Virus record (IMG/VR): IMGVR_UViG_3300027503_000002
DNA length: 64,000 bases
Source: a virus
Reading direction: 5' to 3' (one strand)
A model generated the notes under the pieces. That model searched no databases, was not told the DNA's origin, and worked only from the letters and a program-made list of their open reading frames with translations. Positions 15,489-25,775 of the stretch are shown one piece after another. The number at the start of each line of letters is the position of its first letter. Position 1 is the stretch's first letter. The translations under genes were made by a program, and so were the position numbers.

Positions 15489-16106
15489 TTAAACCCAAAA
15501 AAATTGTCTGTTTTCTATGACCCATCGACACAACTTTGTATCGTGATCTTCAATGGCTTGTTCAATAGTATGAACCTCTTTGTAAGCCTCTTCATAATGC
15601 TTGCTGTGATCGACTCTTTCGTAAGCCTTGTCAAGAGATTTCTCTAATTCATCTCTTCCAGTTTTTGCATAGTTGTACATTTCCTTTAATTCTCTTTCAA
15701 ATTTTTTGTGAACCTCAGTATCGGAATAAACAACGTGATCGAAACATTTTTCACGATCTACAAATTCAATGACCGCCTGAATGTGGAAATTTACAATCGT
15801 ATAAGTCAAGTCCTGCCAGCGATGAGAGAATACGCTGTCGCGCATTTCCTTTCTCGGATTACGCAAGCGCCCCTTGATCTCGTACTTCAACTCGCGCAGA
15901 GGCATAACAATACGTACACTCCATAAACAAGGAAGTTCGCGGCGCAGAAAATACTGAACTGGATAATTAGACTTATAATATTGAGCATTGTGCTCCCAAC
16001 CGTCGAAAGAAAGCGCGTAAGGCTCGATGTACCACTTGCAAGGCCACCACCAAACAGTCTTTTCATACTTTTTAGTCAGATGCTCCTCAAAAGAATAGGG
16101 TTTCAT
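15489..16106 (-). CDS. hypothetical protein
   Basis: 205-aa ORF in the packed minus-strand block. Confidence 0.65.
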   Translation of the reverse strand: MKPYSFEEHLTKKYEKTVWWWPCKWYIEPYALSFDGWEHNAQYYKSNYPVQYFLRRELPCLWSVRIVMPLRELKYEIKGRLRNPRKEMRDSVFSHRWQDLTYTIVNFHIQAVIEFVDREKCFDHVVYSDTEVHKKFERELKEMYNYAKTGRDELEKSLDKAYERVDHSKHYEEAYKEVHTIEQAIEDHDTKLCRWVIENRQFFWV

Positions 16107-16107
16107 A

Positions 16108-16689
16108 TTAAAGAAAAAAACGCGCGAGGCTGCTAATTTTTATGCTCAGCCAGATCAGAGGCTTGTAGAAAAATCTGTAGCCAACGGCTCTTTTAATTTG
16201 ATAAAATTTAAAATACTTGTTGTACCAAGCGTTTCGGATTCTGTCTGCTTCTTTTCGCCAAGCTAAATCGCGCTCCTTGCGCGGAGTATTGTCGGTTTTT
16301 TCAAACTCCACAAGTTCAATTTTTTCCAGTTGCCCCTTATTGTAAGTTGCACAGAACTCAATCATACAATCGTACTTTCCAGCAACATCCATAATATAAT
16401 TATAAAAATTAACCTTGCCGTGAAAATGAGTGTCCTCTTGGTAAGGGTCATTTCTTTCCATATGGCCAAGCCGCGAAAAAATGCTTTTGGCTTTTTTATC
16501 GCCCTCAATCCATTTTGTCTCCTTGTACTTTTCCACAAAGAGTCTGCCGTTCTGCATAAAATACAGATCGAGGCAACAGTTTAGGTCTTTGCTTTGGAAC
16601 TCTTGAAGCTTTTTCTCCAAGCCAAGATCAATCATCTCTTGGGTGATGGGAAGCTTTTCAGCTACCGCGATAGTGTCAAACATGCCCAT
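16108..16689 (-). CDS. hypothetical protein (MGMFD-start phage family)
   Basis: MGMFDTI..FQSKDL..FHGKVNFY pattern. Confidence 0.65.
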   Translation of the reverse strand: MGMFDTIAVAEKLPITQEMIDLGLEKKLQEFQSKDLNCCLDLYFMQNGRLFVEKYKETKWIEGDKKAKSIFSRLGHMERNDPYQEDTHFHGKVNFYNYIMDVAGKYDCMIEFCATYNKGQLEKIELVEFEKTDNTPRKERDLAWRKEADRIRNAWYNKYFKFYQIKRAVGYRFFYKPLIWLSIKISSLARFFL

Positions 16690-16690
16690 A

Positions 16691-16927
16691 TTATTTTTTT
16701 TTAAGTTTAAATTTACCGTCTTCTAATTCCGCCCACTCGATATCATCGCCCTCTTTCCAACCTAAGCTTTTCAGCATCTTTTCAGGAATCTCAATATATT
16801 GGTCGCCGTTGTCAAGTGTTTTTAGGGGAACAATGATATTTTTCTGGTTAAAAATGTTGTCCCAGTTTTCGGAGTACTGGTCATACTTTACTGAAAATGG
16901 ACGCGGTTTAGATCCTTTGCCGTTCAT
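16691..16927 (-). CDS. AbrB/MazE/SpoVT-type DNA-binding protein
   Basis: IEIPEKMLKSLGWKEGDDIEW swapped-hairpin signature. Confidence 0.7.
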   Translation of the reverse strand: MNGKGSKPRPFSVKYDQYSENWDNIFNQKNIIVPLKTLDNGDQYIEIPEKMLKSLGWKEGDDIEWAELEDGKFKLKKK

Positions 16928-16996
16928 GCTAATGGTATAGTAAGTTGTGCTGATCTTTTTCTATAAATTTTACGGATTGGAATAAACGCAGAACTA

Positions 16997-17003
16997 GTGT
17001 AAA
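16997..17003 (+). promoter_or_regulatory. putative late promoter core GTGTAAA
   Basis: The TGTAA core recurs shortly upstream of the starts at 23853, 25776, 27436, 29323, 30265, 38669, 46393(-), 48327(-), 48380 and 50411. Confidence 0.6.
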
Positions 17004-17012
17004 ATACTAGTA

Positions 17013-17825
17013 ATGTCATATATAAGTTACAACAATATTCTTGGATATGTCTCCACGGGAGACGAGCAATCCCTGAATACGGGAACATATAACAGACTTT
17101 ACGCATTAAATATTAACGCCAGCAACTCTGCGAACATTCAGAGAATCAAAAGAATTGGTGGCGAAGAGGACTACTACAATCAGACTGGTCCAAAATCTGC
17201 AACTGTTTCAGCTACAATCGTTCCTGTTACGGGCGCGGGAGGAAATCAGATCACTGGGCTGCTGGCATTGACTGGCGATTTTACGAGCGGATCATACATC
17301 CAGATTCCAAGCTATCGTTTCGACAAGTGTTTTCTAAAAAGTTTTGGCGCTGTTTTTGAACCTTGGAGAGTTTGTCAGGTTTCTTTACAGTTTGATTCTT
17401 ACGGAATGGCAACGGGAGCAGGCATCACCTCTCAAACTCCATCAGAATCATCTGCAAGTTTAATTTCTCCGTTACGCGGAACTTCGATTGCAATCACAAA
17501 CGCTGGATATTTTTCTGGACCAATTACCGAATACGAAAATATTTCTTTTGAAGTCTCTGTTGATCGCGCAGCTAATTATGAAATTGGTCAAGAGTACCCG
17601 ACAAAAGTTAGTGTAGCCAGAATCACCAAAACGTTGCAGATTAACGGTATTTCAAACCTAAATTGGATCTCTGATTATCAGCCGAATCAGACGATGAATT
17701 GTCAGATAACAATGGCTGACAGTAACGTGATTGGTATTACTGGAGTGCTCACAAATCAATCTTTCTCAGTAGATGCAAACGGAGTTGCAAAAACCAACCT
17801 CACAGTTGTTGAGGAAATGGTTTAA
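17013..17825 (+). CDS. virion protein, tail-tube-like paralog
   Basis: Beta-rich; weakly parallels 59479-60249 (FDKCFLKSF..VSLQFDSYG vs FNRAYLNNY..LSADFTIFG). Confidence 0.45.
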   Translation: MSYISYNNILGYVSTGDEQSLNTGTYNRLYALNINASNSANIQRIKRIGGEEDYYNQTGPKSATVSATIVPVTGAGGNQITGLLALTGDFTSGSYIQIPSYRFDKCFLKSFGAVFEPWRVCQVSLQFDSYGMATGAGITSQTPSESSASLISPLRGTSIAITNAGYFSGPITEYENISFEVSVDRAANYEIGQEYPTKVSVARITKTLQINGISNLNWISDYQPNQTMNCQITMADSNVIGITGVLTNQSFSVDANGVAKTNLTVVEEMV

Positions 17826-17828
17826 TTT

Positions 17829-18590
17829 ATGGCCAAAAAAGCCTCGAAAAACAAGAAGAATAAACCCGCAGATATCGTAATCCCTCAACTAAATTATGAG
17901 TTAAAATTTAAGGAGCGGAAATTTAAATTCAGCGAGAAGCAGCAAGAGTTGCTGAAAATGCTAATGGATGAAAATACTAAAATAGTATTTATTGCTGGGC
18001 CAGCAGGAACATCAAAAACTTTTATGGCAGTTTATGCTGCCTTAAACCTAATCAAAGAATCGGAAAAGGAGGTAGTTTATGTCAGGACAATCATTGAGAG
18101 CGGCGAAAGATCCCTTGGCTCTCTGCCCGGAACAATTAACGAGAAGTTCCAGCCCTTCCTCCAGCCATTAGAAGATAAAATACACGAAATTATCGAGGCT
18201 ACTGACGCCAACAAACTGAAAGAGGACGGTCGCATTGCGGCTATTCCAGTCAACTTTCTTAGAGGCAGTACCCTTTCTGATAAAATTGTAATTGCGGATG
18301 AAGTGCAAAACTTTACCCATAAAGAGATTACAACACTTATCACTAGAATCGGTGAAGGGTCAAAGATCTTCCTTTGTGGTGATTTTATGCAGTCTGATAT
18401 GCGTGGCCAAAACGGTTTTGAGGATTTCTTTGAGCTGTTTGCCGACGAGGAATCGAGTCAAAATGGCATACTAACATTTAAATTTACAGAAGATGATATA
18501 AAAAGAAGCCAAATCCTAAAATTTATTGTAAAGAAGATAGATAGGGCTACTAATGAGCAGAGGCGAAATAAAAATAGCAATCTTAAGTAA
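17829..18590 (+). CDS. phoH: PhoH-family ATPase
   Basis: GPAGTSKT, LGSLPG, FLRGSTL, IADEVQN, TRIGEGSK, CGDFMQSD. Confidence 0.9.
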   Translation: MAKKASKNKKNKPADIVIPQLNYELKFKERKFKFSEKQQELLKMLMDENTKIVFIAGPAGTSKTFMAVYAALNLIKESEKEVVYVRTIIESGERSLGSLPGTINEKFQPFLQPLEDKIHEIIEATDANKLKEDGRIAAIPVNFLRGSTLSDKIVIADEVQNFTHKEITTLITRIGEGSKIFLCGDFMQSDMRGQNGFEDFFELFADEESSQNGILTFKFTEDDIKRSQILKFIVKKIDRATNEQRRNKNSNLK

Positions 18591-18900
18591 TTGGGCAAAT
18601 ATCATAAAGGTGTTTGGTGGTATCGTCATCGCCTCTGCTCTTTTTTATTTAAATGCTACCTACGTGACAAAGAGTGATTTCACCCCAGTAGCCCAAGAGA
18701 TAAAGATTCAAGCGCAGCAGATTTCGTATGTAAACGCCGAGGTAAAAAACATATCTCGGCGTTTGTCTAAGATAGTGGATGATGAAGGAGATCCAGTAAA
18801 TACTGATAAGATGGTTGAAATTCAGAAGGATATTGCTAAAATATTAATGAGAATGGAAAACCTTAACGAAAAGGTGGACCGTTTGGATAAAAACAAATAA
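18553..18900 (+). CDS. membrane-anchored coiled-coil protein
   Basis: One TM helix followed by a heptad-like region. Confidence 0.55.
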   Translation: MSRGEIKIAILSNWANIIKVFGGIVIASALFYLNATYVTKSDFTPVAQEIKIQAQQISYVNAEVKNISRRLSKIVDDEGDPVNTDKMVEIQKDIAKILMRMENLNEKVDRLDKNK

Positions 18901-18902
18901 AA

Positions 18903-19286
18903 ATGTCCACTGTTTTCTGCTCTAGTTGCGGAGCAAAGCATCAATATGCTGGTTTTCCGCCCAACTTCTGTTCAAAATGCGGCTCACCAATGACAGCAAA
19001 GGCTGTTCAGCAGAGTTCCGCAAGAGTGCAGCCACAAAAAACAGTAGAGCCTGCTGACAACGAAGAAATTTCAGAGGATCAGAGCGACATTAATGAGCTT
19101 CCTCATTTAGACAAGTTAGATGTAGAAATCTCTATCGAAGGAGGCTTCAGAGCCTTTAGTTTAGAAGAGCTTTCTACTTCGCCAACGACAGCAAGAACAC
19201 AAAAGTTCAAGCCAATTCGTCGTGACGGCATATCAGACTTGTCTCCTCAGAAATACGGAAGCTCAAAGAATGAGGCGCAAGATTAA
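18903..19286 (+). CDS. zinc-ribbon protein
   Basis: FCSSCG...FCSKCG. Confidence 0.65.
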   Translation: MSTVFCSSCGAKHQYAGFPPNFCSKCGSPMTAKAVQQSSARVQPQKTVEPADNEEISEDQSDINELPHLDKLDVEISIEGGFRAFSLEELSTSPTTARTQKFKPIRRDGISDLSPQKYGSSKNEAQD

Positions 19287-19977
19287 GTACGAGGAAAAGC
19301 AAGACGTAGTAGATCGGATAATCGAAAAGCACAGATATATGTGGCAGCTAAAGGCTGTTGCGTGGATGGATTTCGAAGATGTGGCGCAAATAATTAGATT
19401 TCACATCTCCAAAAAGTGGCATATGTGGAAACAGGATCGGCCTCTTGAGCCTTGGTTGGCTAGAATCGCATCCAATCAAATCAAGAATCTTTTAAGAAAT
19501 AATTACTCCAATTACGTTCGTCCTTGTTTAAGTTGCAAATACAATCAGGGGAATGAGCCGCCTGCCTGCTCTGTTACTCCAAGCGGACTGCAATGCTCAG
19601 AATGCCCGCTTTATCGTAAATGGGAAAAGACCAAGAAGAGTGCTTATGATGTTAAGCTTTCTGTTTCCATAGAAGGCCATATAGACAATGTCTATGCAAT
19701 GAAAGACAGCAGTTTGGACATATTGTCCAGCGCAAATAAGCTACACGAAGAGATGAGGCTTTATCTTGCACCGAAACAGTACAAGGTTTATGCCAGACTC
19801 TATATCGATGGAGCAGATGAAGAAAAGGTTGCCGCAGAAATGGGGTACAAGACAAATGAAAAGGGCAAGAAGGCGGGATACAAGCAAATCAAGAATTTAA
19901 AGAAGCTTTTTAAGCAGATCGCTTTAAAAATTCTACAAAACGAGGACATCATCACTGGTTATGAATCTAGAAATTAA
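19270..19977 (+). CDS. phage sigma-70/ECF-like sigma factor with Cys-rich insertion
   Basis: Region-2-like DFEDVAQ..LEPWLARIASNQIKNLLR, insertion CLSC..C..CSECP, C-terminal HTH-like EEKVAAEMGY; ATG at 19270. Confidence 0.6.
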   Translation: MRRKIKYEEKQDVVDRIIEKHRYMWQLKAVAWMDFEDVAQIIRFHISKKWHMWKQDRPLEPWLARIASNQIKNLLRNNYSNYVRPCLSCKYNQGNEPPACSVTPSGLQCSECPLYRKWEKTKKSAYDVKLSVSIEGHIDNVYAMKDSSLDILSSANKLHEEMRLYLAPKQYKVYARLYIDGADEEKVAAEMGYKTNEKGKKAGYKQIKNLKKLFKQIALKILQNEDIITGYESRN

Positions 19978-21022
19978 ATTTACCCCAGAAGATGGAGAAA
20001 AGATTAAAAAGCTTGCGGCTGAATTTCCTGATTTAAATCTAATCACAAGAAAGTTTTTTAACGACGAAGAGTTGGATGGTAGAAGTAAACAGGGCATCGC
20101 AATCAGGGCTTTCTTAGCCGCAAACAAAATTAATTACAAGACTTCTAAGTACCAGAAGGTTGGAAGTTTACCGCTAACTGATGAGCAAAAAGATTTTATA
20201 GAAGGTCAGGCCAAAATGGGGGTGGCGAGTCTTCAGATAGCGGAGTTGGTTTACCCAGATAAGCAAGTAGTGCAGTTGAGCACTGAGCACAGAACAGTGA
20301 TGGAGTATTTACGCTCAATTGGGGATGGGTCAATGCCAGAAAATGAAACGGCGCTAGGCGTCAAATATCAAGTTCCGCGCTCAGTAGAGCGCGTTATAAA
20401 TAAAATCAATGCGGCAACAGGCGAAAATCTGAATAAAGAAAAGATCAGCCGTCACCACAAGTATTGCATAGATAAACTCGCCATAAACTTATCCAATTCC
20501 CGCTTCCAAAAGATCATCAATTGCTATACATCCCAAGAGGATAGGAATATTTTTGAGGAGGAGTTTATACGTATGACTTGGGACAAGCCTGATCTCACTG
20601 CGGACGAGGTTAATTTGTATATGAATGTTTGCAAAGAAATCATTAACCTCGAAACTACTTCGCGTCACTTGGACAAGCTGAATAAAATGTTTGAAGAGAC
20701 GCAGGAACAAAATGAAATGAGTATTCGTTTGGCCGAGATTATCAAAGCCAAAAGCGGGGAGTATCACCAATGCGAAGGTCGCGTTGAAAGCTTAATTAAA
20801 AAGCTGCAAGGTGATAGAGCAGGCAGAATTAATGCAAAACAAAAGGAAAATGCGTCTGTTTTGTCAATTGTGCAAATGTTTCAAGACGAAGAAGAGCGAG
20901 CTAATATGGTGAAGATCGCTGAGATGCAAAGGTCTCTGGTTAAGGATGAAGCGCAAAGACTGGAGAGTATGTCGGAATGGAAAGCTCGTATTCTTGGCAT
21001 ATCATTAGATGATGCAGTGTAA
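19961..21022 (+). CDS. hypothetical protein (candidate terminase small subunit by position)
   Basis: HTH-like SLQIAELVY and coiled-coil C-terminus; two genes upstream of TerL. Confidence 0.4.
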   Translation: MNLEIKFTPEDGEKIKKLAAEFPDLNLITRKFFNDEELDGRSKQGIAIRAFLAANKINYKTSKYQKVGSLPLTDEQKDFIEGQAKMGVASLQIAELVYPDKQVVQLSTEHRTVMEYLRSIGDGSMPENETALGVKYQVPRSVERVINKINAATGENLNKEKISRHHKYCIDKLAINLSNSRFQKIINCYTSQEDRNIFEEEFIRMTWDKPDLTADEVNLYMNVCKEIINLETTSRHLDKLNKMFEETQEQNEMSIRLAEIIKAKSGEYHQCEGRVESLIKKLQGDRAGRINAKQKENASVLSIVQMFQDEEERANMVKIAEMQRSLVKDEAQRLESMSEWKARILGISLDDAV

Positions 21023-21971
21023 AATATGCGACGTTTCTTTTCCTTCTGAGAGAAGCTTGCACGCTCACTTAAAGAAGCATAAGGCTTCTTTGGGTGAATA
21101 CTACACTACTTACTATCCCCGCAAAAATCTTTTGACTGGAACCTTGCTTCCGTTTAAAGACAAAGAGTCGTATTTTGAGAAGGACTTTGAAAATAGAGAG
21201 CAGCTTTTGAGGTGGTGCGAGATAGAGTCAGCAGAAAATGTCAAAGCGCAGATCAAAAAGATGCTTGCGTACAGGGTCGAAAGTAAAGATTTAAAATACG
21301 CACCGTTTCACTTGGAGTTGGAAACTAGTGAGATGCCAACAATTGATTTGTATAAAAAGCATTTTGGCAGTTACTCTAAAGCCTGCGACGAAATTGGGGC
21401 AGAGCCAATGTTTAGAAGGAGTTTGCCAAAAAAGTTTTATGAAGACTTTTCTGAAGTTGAAATCTTTGTGGATACAAGAGAGCAACAACCGTTGAGTTTT
21501 AAAAACGAGAAGCAAGTTAAGCTAGATTTTGGCGATTACACTGCCAGCGGGGCCAATTATACAAAAACATTTGTGGACCGCAAGTCAGAGTCTGATTTTA
21601 AAGGAACTTTAGTGGGAGATAACCTAGACAGGTTCAAGCGCGAGCTTCAGAGAGCGAAGGAGATGGAGTGTTATCTGTTTATTGTCGTGGAATCTACTTT
21701 AGAACGTATAAGTAGTAATAATGACTTTACTCCTCATAAGGCGAATCTTAAATTTATTTACCATAATATGAGATTGCTGCAACACGAATTTGCGGGGTAT
21801 TGTCAATTTATATTCTCGGGCAATAGAAAGAACAGCGAGGTTCTTATTCCAAAGCTTTTGGCTATTGGCAGTCCTCTTTGGGATGTGGATGTTCAATATT
21901 TTTTAGATAAGGATTCTTTATGGCTTGGATCGAAGGAAACCAAAAAAGAAAAAGCACCTTCAGCAAGGTAA
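21009..21971 (+). CDS. C2H2 zinc finger + ERCC4-type nuclease
   Basis: CKIC..HAHLKKH; IFVDTREQ, LDFGDY, VDRKS..DF (ERCC4/XPF signature). Confidence 0.75.
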   Translation: MMQCKICDVSFPSERSLHAHLKKHKASLGEYYTTYYPRKNLLTGTLLPFKDKESYFEKDFENREQLLRWCEIESAENVKAQIKKMLAYRVESKDLKYAPFHLELETSEMPTIDLYKKHFGSYSKACDEIGAEPMFRRSLPKKFYEDFSEVEIFVDTREQQPLSFKNEKQVKLDFGDYTASGANYTKTFVDRKSESDFKGTLVGDNLDRFKRELQRAKEMECYLFIVVESTLERISSNNDFTPHKANLKFIYHNMRLLQHEFAGYCQFIFSGNRKNSEVLIPKLLAIGSPLWDVDVQYFLDKDSLWLGSKETKKEKAPSAR

Positions 21972-23788
21972 ACGAAGAGATCCTTAAACACAAGGGATTT
22001 CTGGAAGAGCGGGACGCTAAAATCCTGCTCTATAAATTTTTGCGTAGTAATATATCGTTTTCTTCTGAAATGATATGCGGTGTTAAGCTTTTCCCGTTCC
22101 AGCATCTCGCAATCAAGACGATGTTTGAGACCGACTACTCGATGATGGTTTGGAGCCGTGGTCTTTCCAAGAGTTTTACTTGTGCAGTTTTTGCATCCTT
22201 GGACGCCATCTTGAATCAGGGCGTTCATATTGGCATTGTCAGCAAAACATTTCGTCAGGCAAAAATGATTTTCCGTAAGATTGAAGAGATCTCTGAAAAG
22301 CCAAATGCAGCATTTTTAAAACAGTGCATCACAAAGGTCTCTAAAAGCTCGGACGAGTGGACGATGGAAATAGGGCGTAGTAAAATTACTTGTCTGCCGC
22401 TTGGTGATGGCGAAAAGCTTCGTGGCTTCCGCTTTCATAGAATGATGATCGACGAGTTCTTGTTGATGCCAGAAAGAATCTTCAACGAAGTTATTATTCC
22501 GTTCCTTTCTGTTGTGCAAAATCCAACTGAAAGAAAACAGGTATACGATTTGGAAACTGAGTTAATTAAACGCGGCGATATGAAAGAGGAGGATCGCTTT
22601 CGTTGGCCTAATAATAAAATTATTGTGCTTTCGTCAGCCTCTTATCAGTTTGAGTATATGTACAAGCTTTACAAGCAGTACGAGTCACTGATCAATTACC
22701 CAGAAAAAGACGGTAAGGGTGGATCGACAAGAGCCATTTTGCATTTTTCTTATGATGTTGCTCCGCAGGGTTTGTATGACGAGAGTCTTTTGACGCAGGC
22801 AAAATCTACGATGTCTGAATCACAGTTTATGAGAGAGTTCGGCTCTAGATTTATGGATGATTCTTCTGGTTACTTTAAACTCAGCAAGATGCACGAATGC
22901 ACCATAAAAGCTGGCGAAGGTCAAAGCATAGAGGTGGCTGGAGAAAAAACCGCTGAATACATTCTTAGTTTTGACCCTTCTTGGGCAGAAAATGAGTCTT
23001 CTGACGATTTTGCGATGAATGTCATAAAGTTGGATAAAGCAAATAAGAGGGGCGTTCTTGTTCATAACTACGCAGTTTCTGGCGCAAATCTGAAAAAGCA
23101 TATCGAATATCTCCATTATTTAATGACCAGCTTTAATATCGTAGCGATGTGCGGCGACTACAATGGCGGTGTCCAATTCATTAATGCTGCAAATGAAAGT
23201 GAGTTATTCAAAAACGCAAAAATCGAAGTAAAGATGTTTGAGGCAGATTTTGATTCCCCAGAGAGCTATCAAACAGAACTCAGGAAGGCAAGATCAGCGT
23301 ATAGCTTAGAACAGAGGCGTATTTGTTATTTACGAGTTCCGACTAGCACTTGGATAAGATATGGTAACGAACTATTACAGTCTAACTTTGATCATAGAAA
23401 AATTTTATTCGCTGCTGAAGCGGTCAATGATGATTTTACTACTCAAAAGGGTAAAACAATTCCTATCAAGAACTTAAAGTTTGTAAGAGATCAAGAAGAT
23501 ACTCAAAGCATCGAGGCAAAGATGGTAGATTTTGTAGACCATCAAGCAGACATGATCGAATTGGTGAAAGCTCAATGTTCGTTAATTATTCCGACAACAA
23601 CTGCAAACGGCCATCAAAGCTTTGACTTGCCGCCAGAACTAAAGCGTCAAAGTGGCGCAGAGAAAACGAGAAAAGACTCTTATTCCTGTCTTGTCTTGGG
23701 CAACTGGATGACAAAAGTCTACTTTGATATGATGGAATGTCAGATGCAATCAGTATCTTCTACTTTTACGCCGTTTTTCGCTCGATAA
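21920..23788 (+). CDS. terL: terminase large subunit
   Basis: LFPFQ, SRGLSKS Walker-A variant, LRGFR..MIDEF Walker B, SFDPS..DDFA and RKDSYS nuclease motifs; directly upstream of portal. Confidence 0.85.
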   Translation: MAWIEGNQKRKSTFSKVNEEILKHKGFLEERDAKILLYKFLRSNISFSSEMICGVKLFPFQHLAIKTMFETDYSMMVWSRGLSKSFTCAVFASLDAILNQGVHIGIVSKTFRQAKMIFRKIEEISEKPNAAFLKQCITKVSKSSDEWTMEIGRSKITCLPLGDGEKLRGFRFHRMMIDEFLLMPERIFNEVIIPFLSVVQNPTERKQVYDLETELIKRGDMKEEDRFRWPNNKIIVLSSASYQFEYMYKLYKQYESLINYPEKDGKGGSTRAILHFSYDVAPQGLYDESLLTQAKSTMSESQFMREFGSRFMDDSSGYFKLSKMHECTIKAGEGQSIEVAGEKTAEYILSFDPSWAENESSDDFAMNVIKLDKANKRGVLVHNYAVSGANLKKHIEYLHYLMTSFNIVAMCGDYNGGVQFINAANESELFKNAKIEVKMFEADFDSPESYQTELRKARSAYSLEQRRICYLRVPTSTWIRYGNELLQSNFDHRKILFAAEAVNDDFTTQKGKTIPIKNLKFVRDQEDTQSIEAKMVDFVDHQADMIELVKAQCSLIIPTTTANGHQSFDLPPELKRQSGAEKTRKDSYSCLVLGNWMTKVYFDMMECQMQSVSSTFTPFFAR

Positions 23789-23852
23789 ATAAAAGCAAAA
23801 CAAAGTACTTTTGGACTTTTGCGTGTAACTTTTAATATAAAGAACTACCAAA

Positions 23853-25772
23853 ATGGCCCGCTCTTATATCAAAAAATCTGAATATTGGAATAGGAACAAA
23901 AAGCCAGAGGTTCTGGCCCAGCCTCCTGTAGAGCCAAAGTTAGTAGGCGGCTCTTACTTTAACGAGGTCTCTCAGGCTTCCAGAACAGTTTCTAATTCCT
24001 CTTCCACTAAGAGCAGAATGCCTGCGAATGGTACAGATTCTAACATTCGCAGATATGCGCTGTTAAGCCAAGGCTTGCTTCCTTTTGATTTTTCTAAAGA
24101 CGGCGTAGATGTAAGAGACGCTATTCTTCTTTGTCAAAAAGCTTACGCAAATGTCGCAATTGTCAGAAACACAATCGATATTGCGACCGAGTTTGCTAAT
24201 ACAGACATCTATTTAGAGGGTGGCACCGAAAGAAGCAGAGAATTTTTCAGCAAATGGTTTAAGAAGATCAAGCTGTGGAAGATGAAAGATCAGTACTTCC
24301 GCGAGTATTATCGCAGCGGAAATATTTTCTATTACCGTATAGACGGCAAGTTTAACGCTGAAGATTTTAAACTTCTTTCTGGCCTTAGTGAGAACGGTAT
24401 CGTTAACAATCGTGTTCCCCTTCGCTATATCTTGATCAATCCTTATGAAATCGTTGCGAAGATTTCCAGTTCGTTTGCAGAGGCTGTTTACGAGAAGGTG
24501 CTTTCCGAGTATGAACTTGAGAGACTGAAGAATCCAAAAGATGATGCCGATGTAGAACTTCTTAAAGGTTTTCCTCCAGAGGTTCAAGAGCAGATCAAGA
24601 GTAAGCAATACTTTAGAGACGGTCTAAAGATGAAGCTCGATCCCCAATATTTGCTCTATTCATTTTACAAGAAGCAGGATTACGAGCCATTCGCAATTCC
24701 TTTCGCTTATCCTGTTTTAGAGGATGTAAACGCCAAGATTGAACTCAAGCACATTGATCAGGCTATCTCGCGCACAGTCGAGAACGTTATTCTTTTGATT
24801 ACAATGGGCGCAGAGCCGGACAAGGGCGGTGTTAATCCCGCCAATATGACCGCAATGCAAAACCTTTTTATGAACGAAAGCGTTGGTCGCGTTTTAGTTT
24901 CTGACTACACCACCAAGGCAGACTTCGTAATTCCCGACCTAAAGAAAGTCGTTGGCGAAGAAAAGTATAAGATCTTAAATCAAGATATTAAAGAAGGTTT
25001 GATGAATGTATTGCTTGGAGAGGAAAAGTATAACGGGCAAAACGCAAAGATTAGTTTCTTTATGGAGCGTTTGAAAGAGGCTAGAAACTCTTTCCTTAAC
25101 GACATTATCCAGCCAGAGATTATCCGTATCTCGAAAGATCTTGGGTTCAGAGCTTATCCTACAGCCAAATTCACCGAGATTGATTTGAAGGACGAGACCC
25201 AGTACATGAGAACGATCTCTCGTTTGATGGAGCTTTCTATTCTTACTCCAGAGCAAGGTATCGAGGCTATTCAAACTGGCAAACTCCCAGACGCGCGCGC
25301 GCTCGCGCCCGCGCAGGAGCAGTACATCTCTGAGAGAGAAAAGGGTTATTATAACCCAATTGTTGGCGGTGTTCCTGTAGTACCACCCGCTGTTCCCTCT
25401 GCTCCAACCGGAGCCCCAACCAATAGCACTTCTGGTAGACCTCTTGGCACTCCTAACCAAGCTTCGCGCAAAGATATTCAGGCTGTTGTTTATGAAGTCG
25501 ATGCTTTTATGAAAGCTTCCGAAGACTTTGTTGCTGACAAGTTTAAAGTCAAGAAGCTTTCAAAGCAGCAGAAGCAGAATGTTGTAGAGTTATGCAAGAA
25601 GGTCGTGGTATCATCTGACAGGGAGAATTGGGTATCTACTTTGCAAAAATGTATGGCTAATCTTGATGAAATTGAGAAGCTGAAGCCGCTGCCACAAGTT
25701 TCGCAGACTGCCGATGAATTTTTATTAGAAGAATATTCTGCGGCAATTTTTTATCATTCTGCTGTAAAGTAA
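23853..25772 (+). CDS. portal protein
   Basis: Position between TerL and protease; REYYRSGN-type portal pattern; 639 aa. Confidence 0.75.
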   Translation: MARSYIKKSEYWNRNKKPEVLAQPPVEPKLVGGSYFNEVSQASRTVSNSSSTKSRMPANGTDSNIRRYALLSQGLLPFDFSKDGVDVRDAILLCQKAYANVAIVRNTIDIATEFANTDIYLEGGTERSREFFSKWFKKIKLWKMKDQYFREYYRSGNIFYYRIDGKFNAEDFKLLSGLSENGIVNNRVPLRYILINPYEIVAKISSSFAEAVYEKVLSEYELERLKNPKDDADVELLKGFPPEVQEQIKSKQYFRDGLKMKLDPQYLLYSFYKKQDYEPFAIPFAYPVLEDVNAKIELKHIDQAISRTVENVILLITMGAEPDKGGVNPANMTAMQNLFMNESVGRVLVSDYTTKADFVIPDLKKVVGEEKYKILNQDIKEGLMNVLLGEEKYNGQNAKISFFMERLKEARNSFLNDIIQPEIIRISKDLGFRAYPTAKFTEIDLKDETQYMRTISRLMELSILTPEQGIEAIQTGKLPDARALAPAQEQYISEREKGYYNPIVGGVPVVPPAVPSAPTGAPTNSTSGRPLGTPNQASRKDIQAVVYEVDAFMKASEDFVADKFKVKKLSKQQKQNVVELCKKVVVSSDRENWVSTLQKCMANLDEIEKLKPLPQVSQTADEFLLEEYSAAIFYHSAVK

Positions 25773-25775
25773 TAT

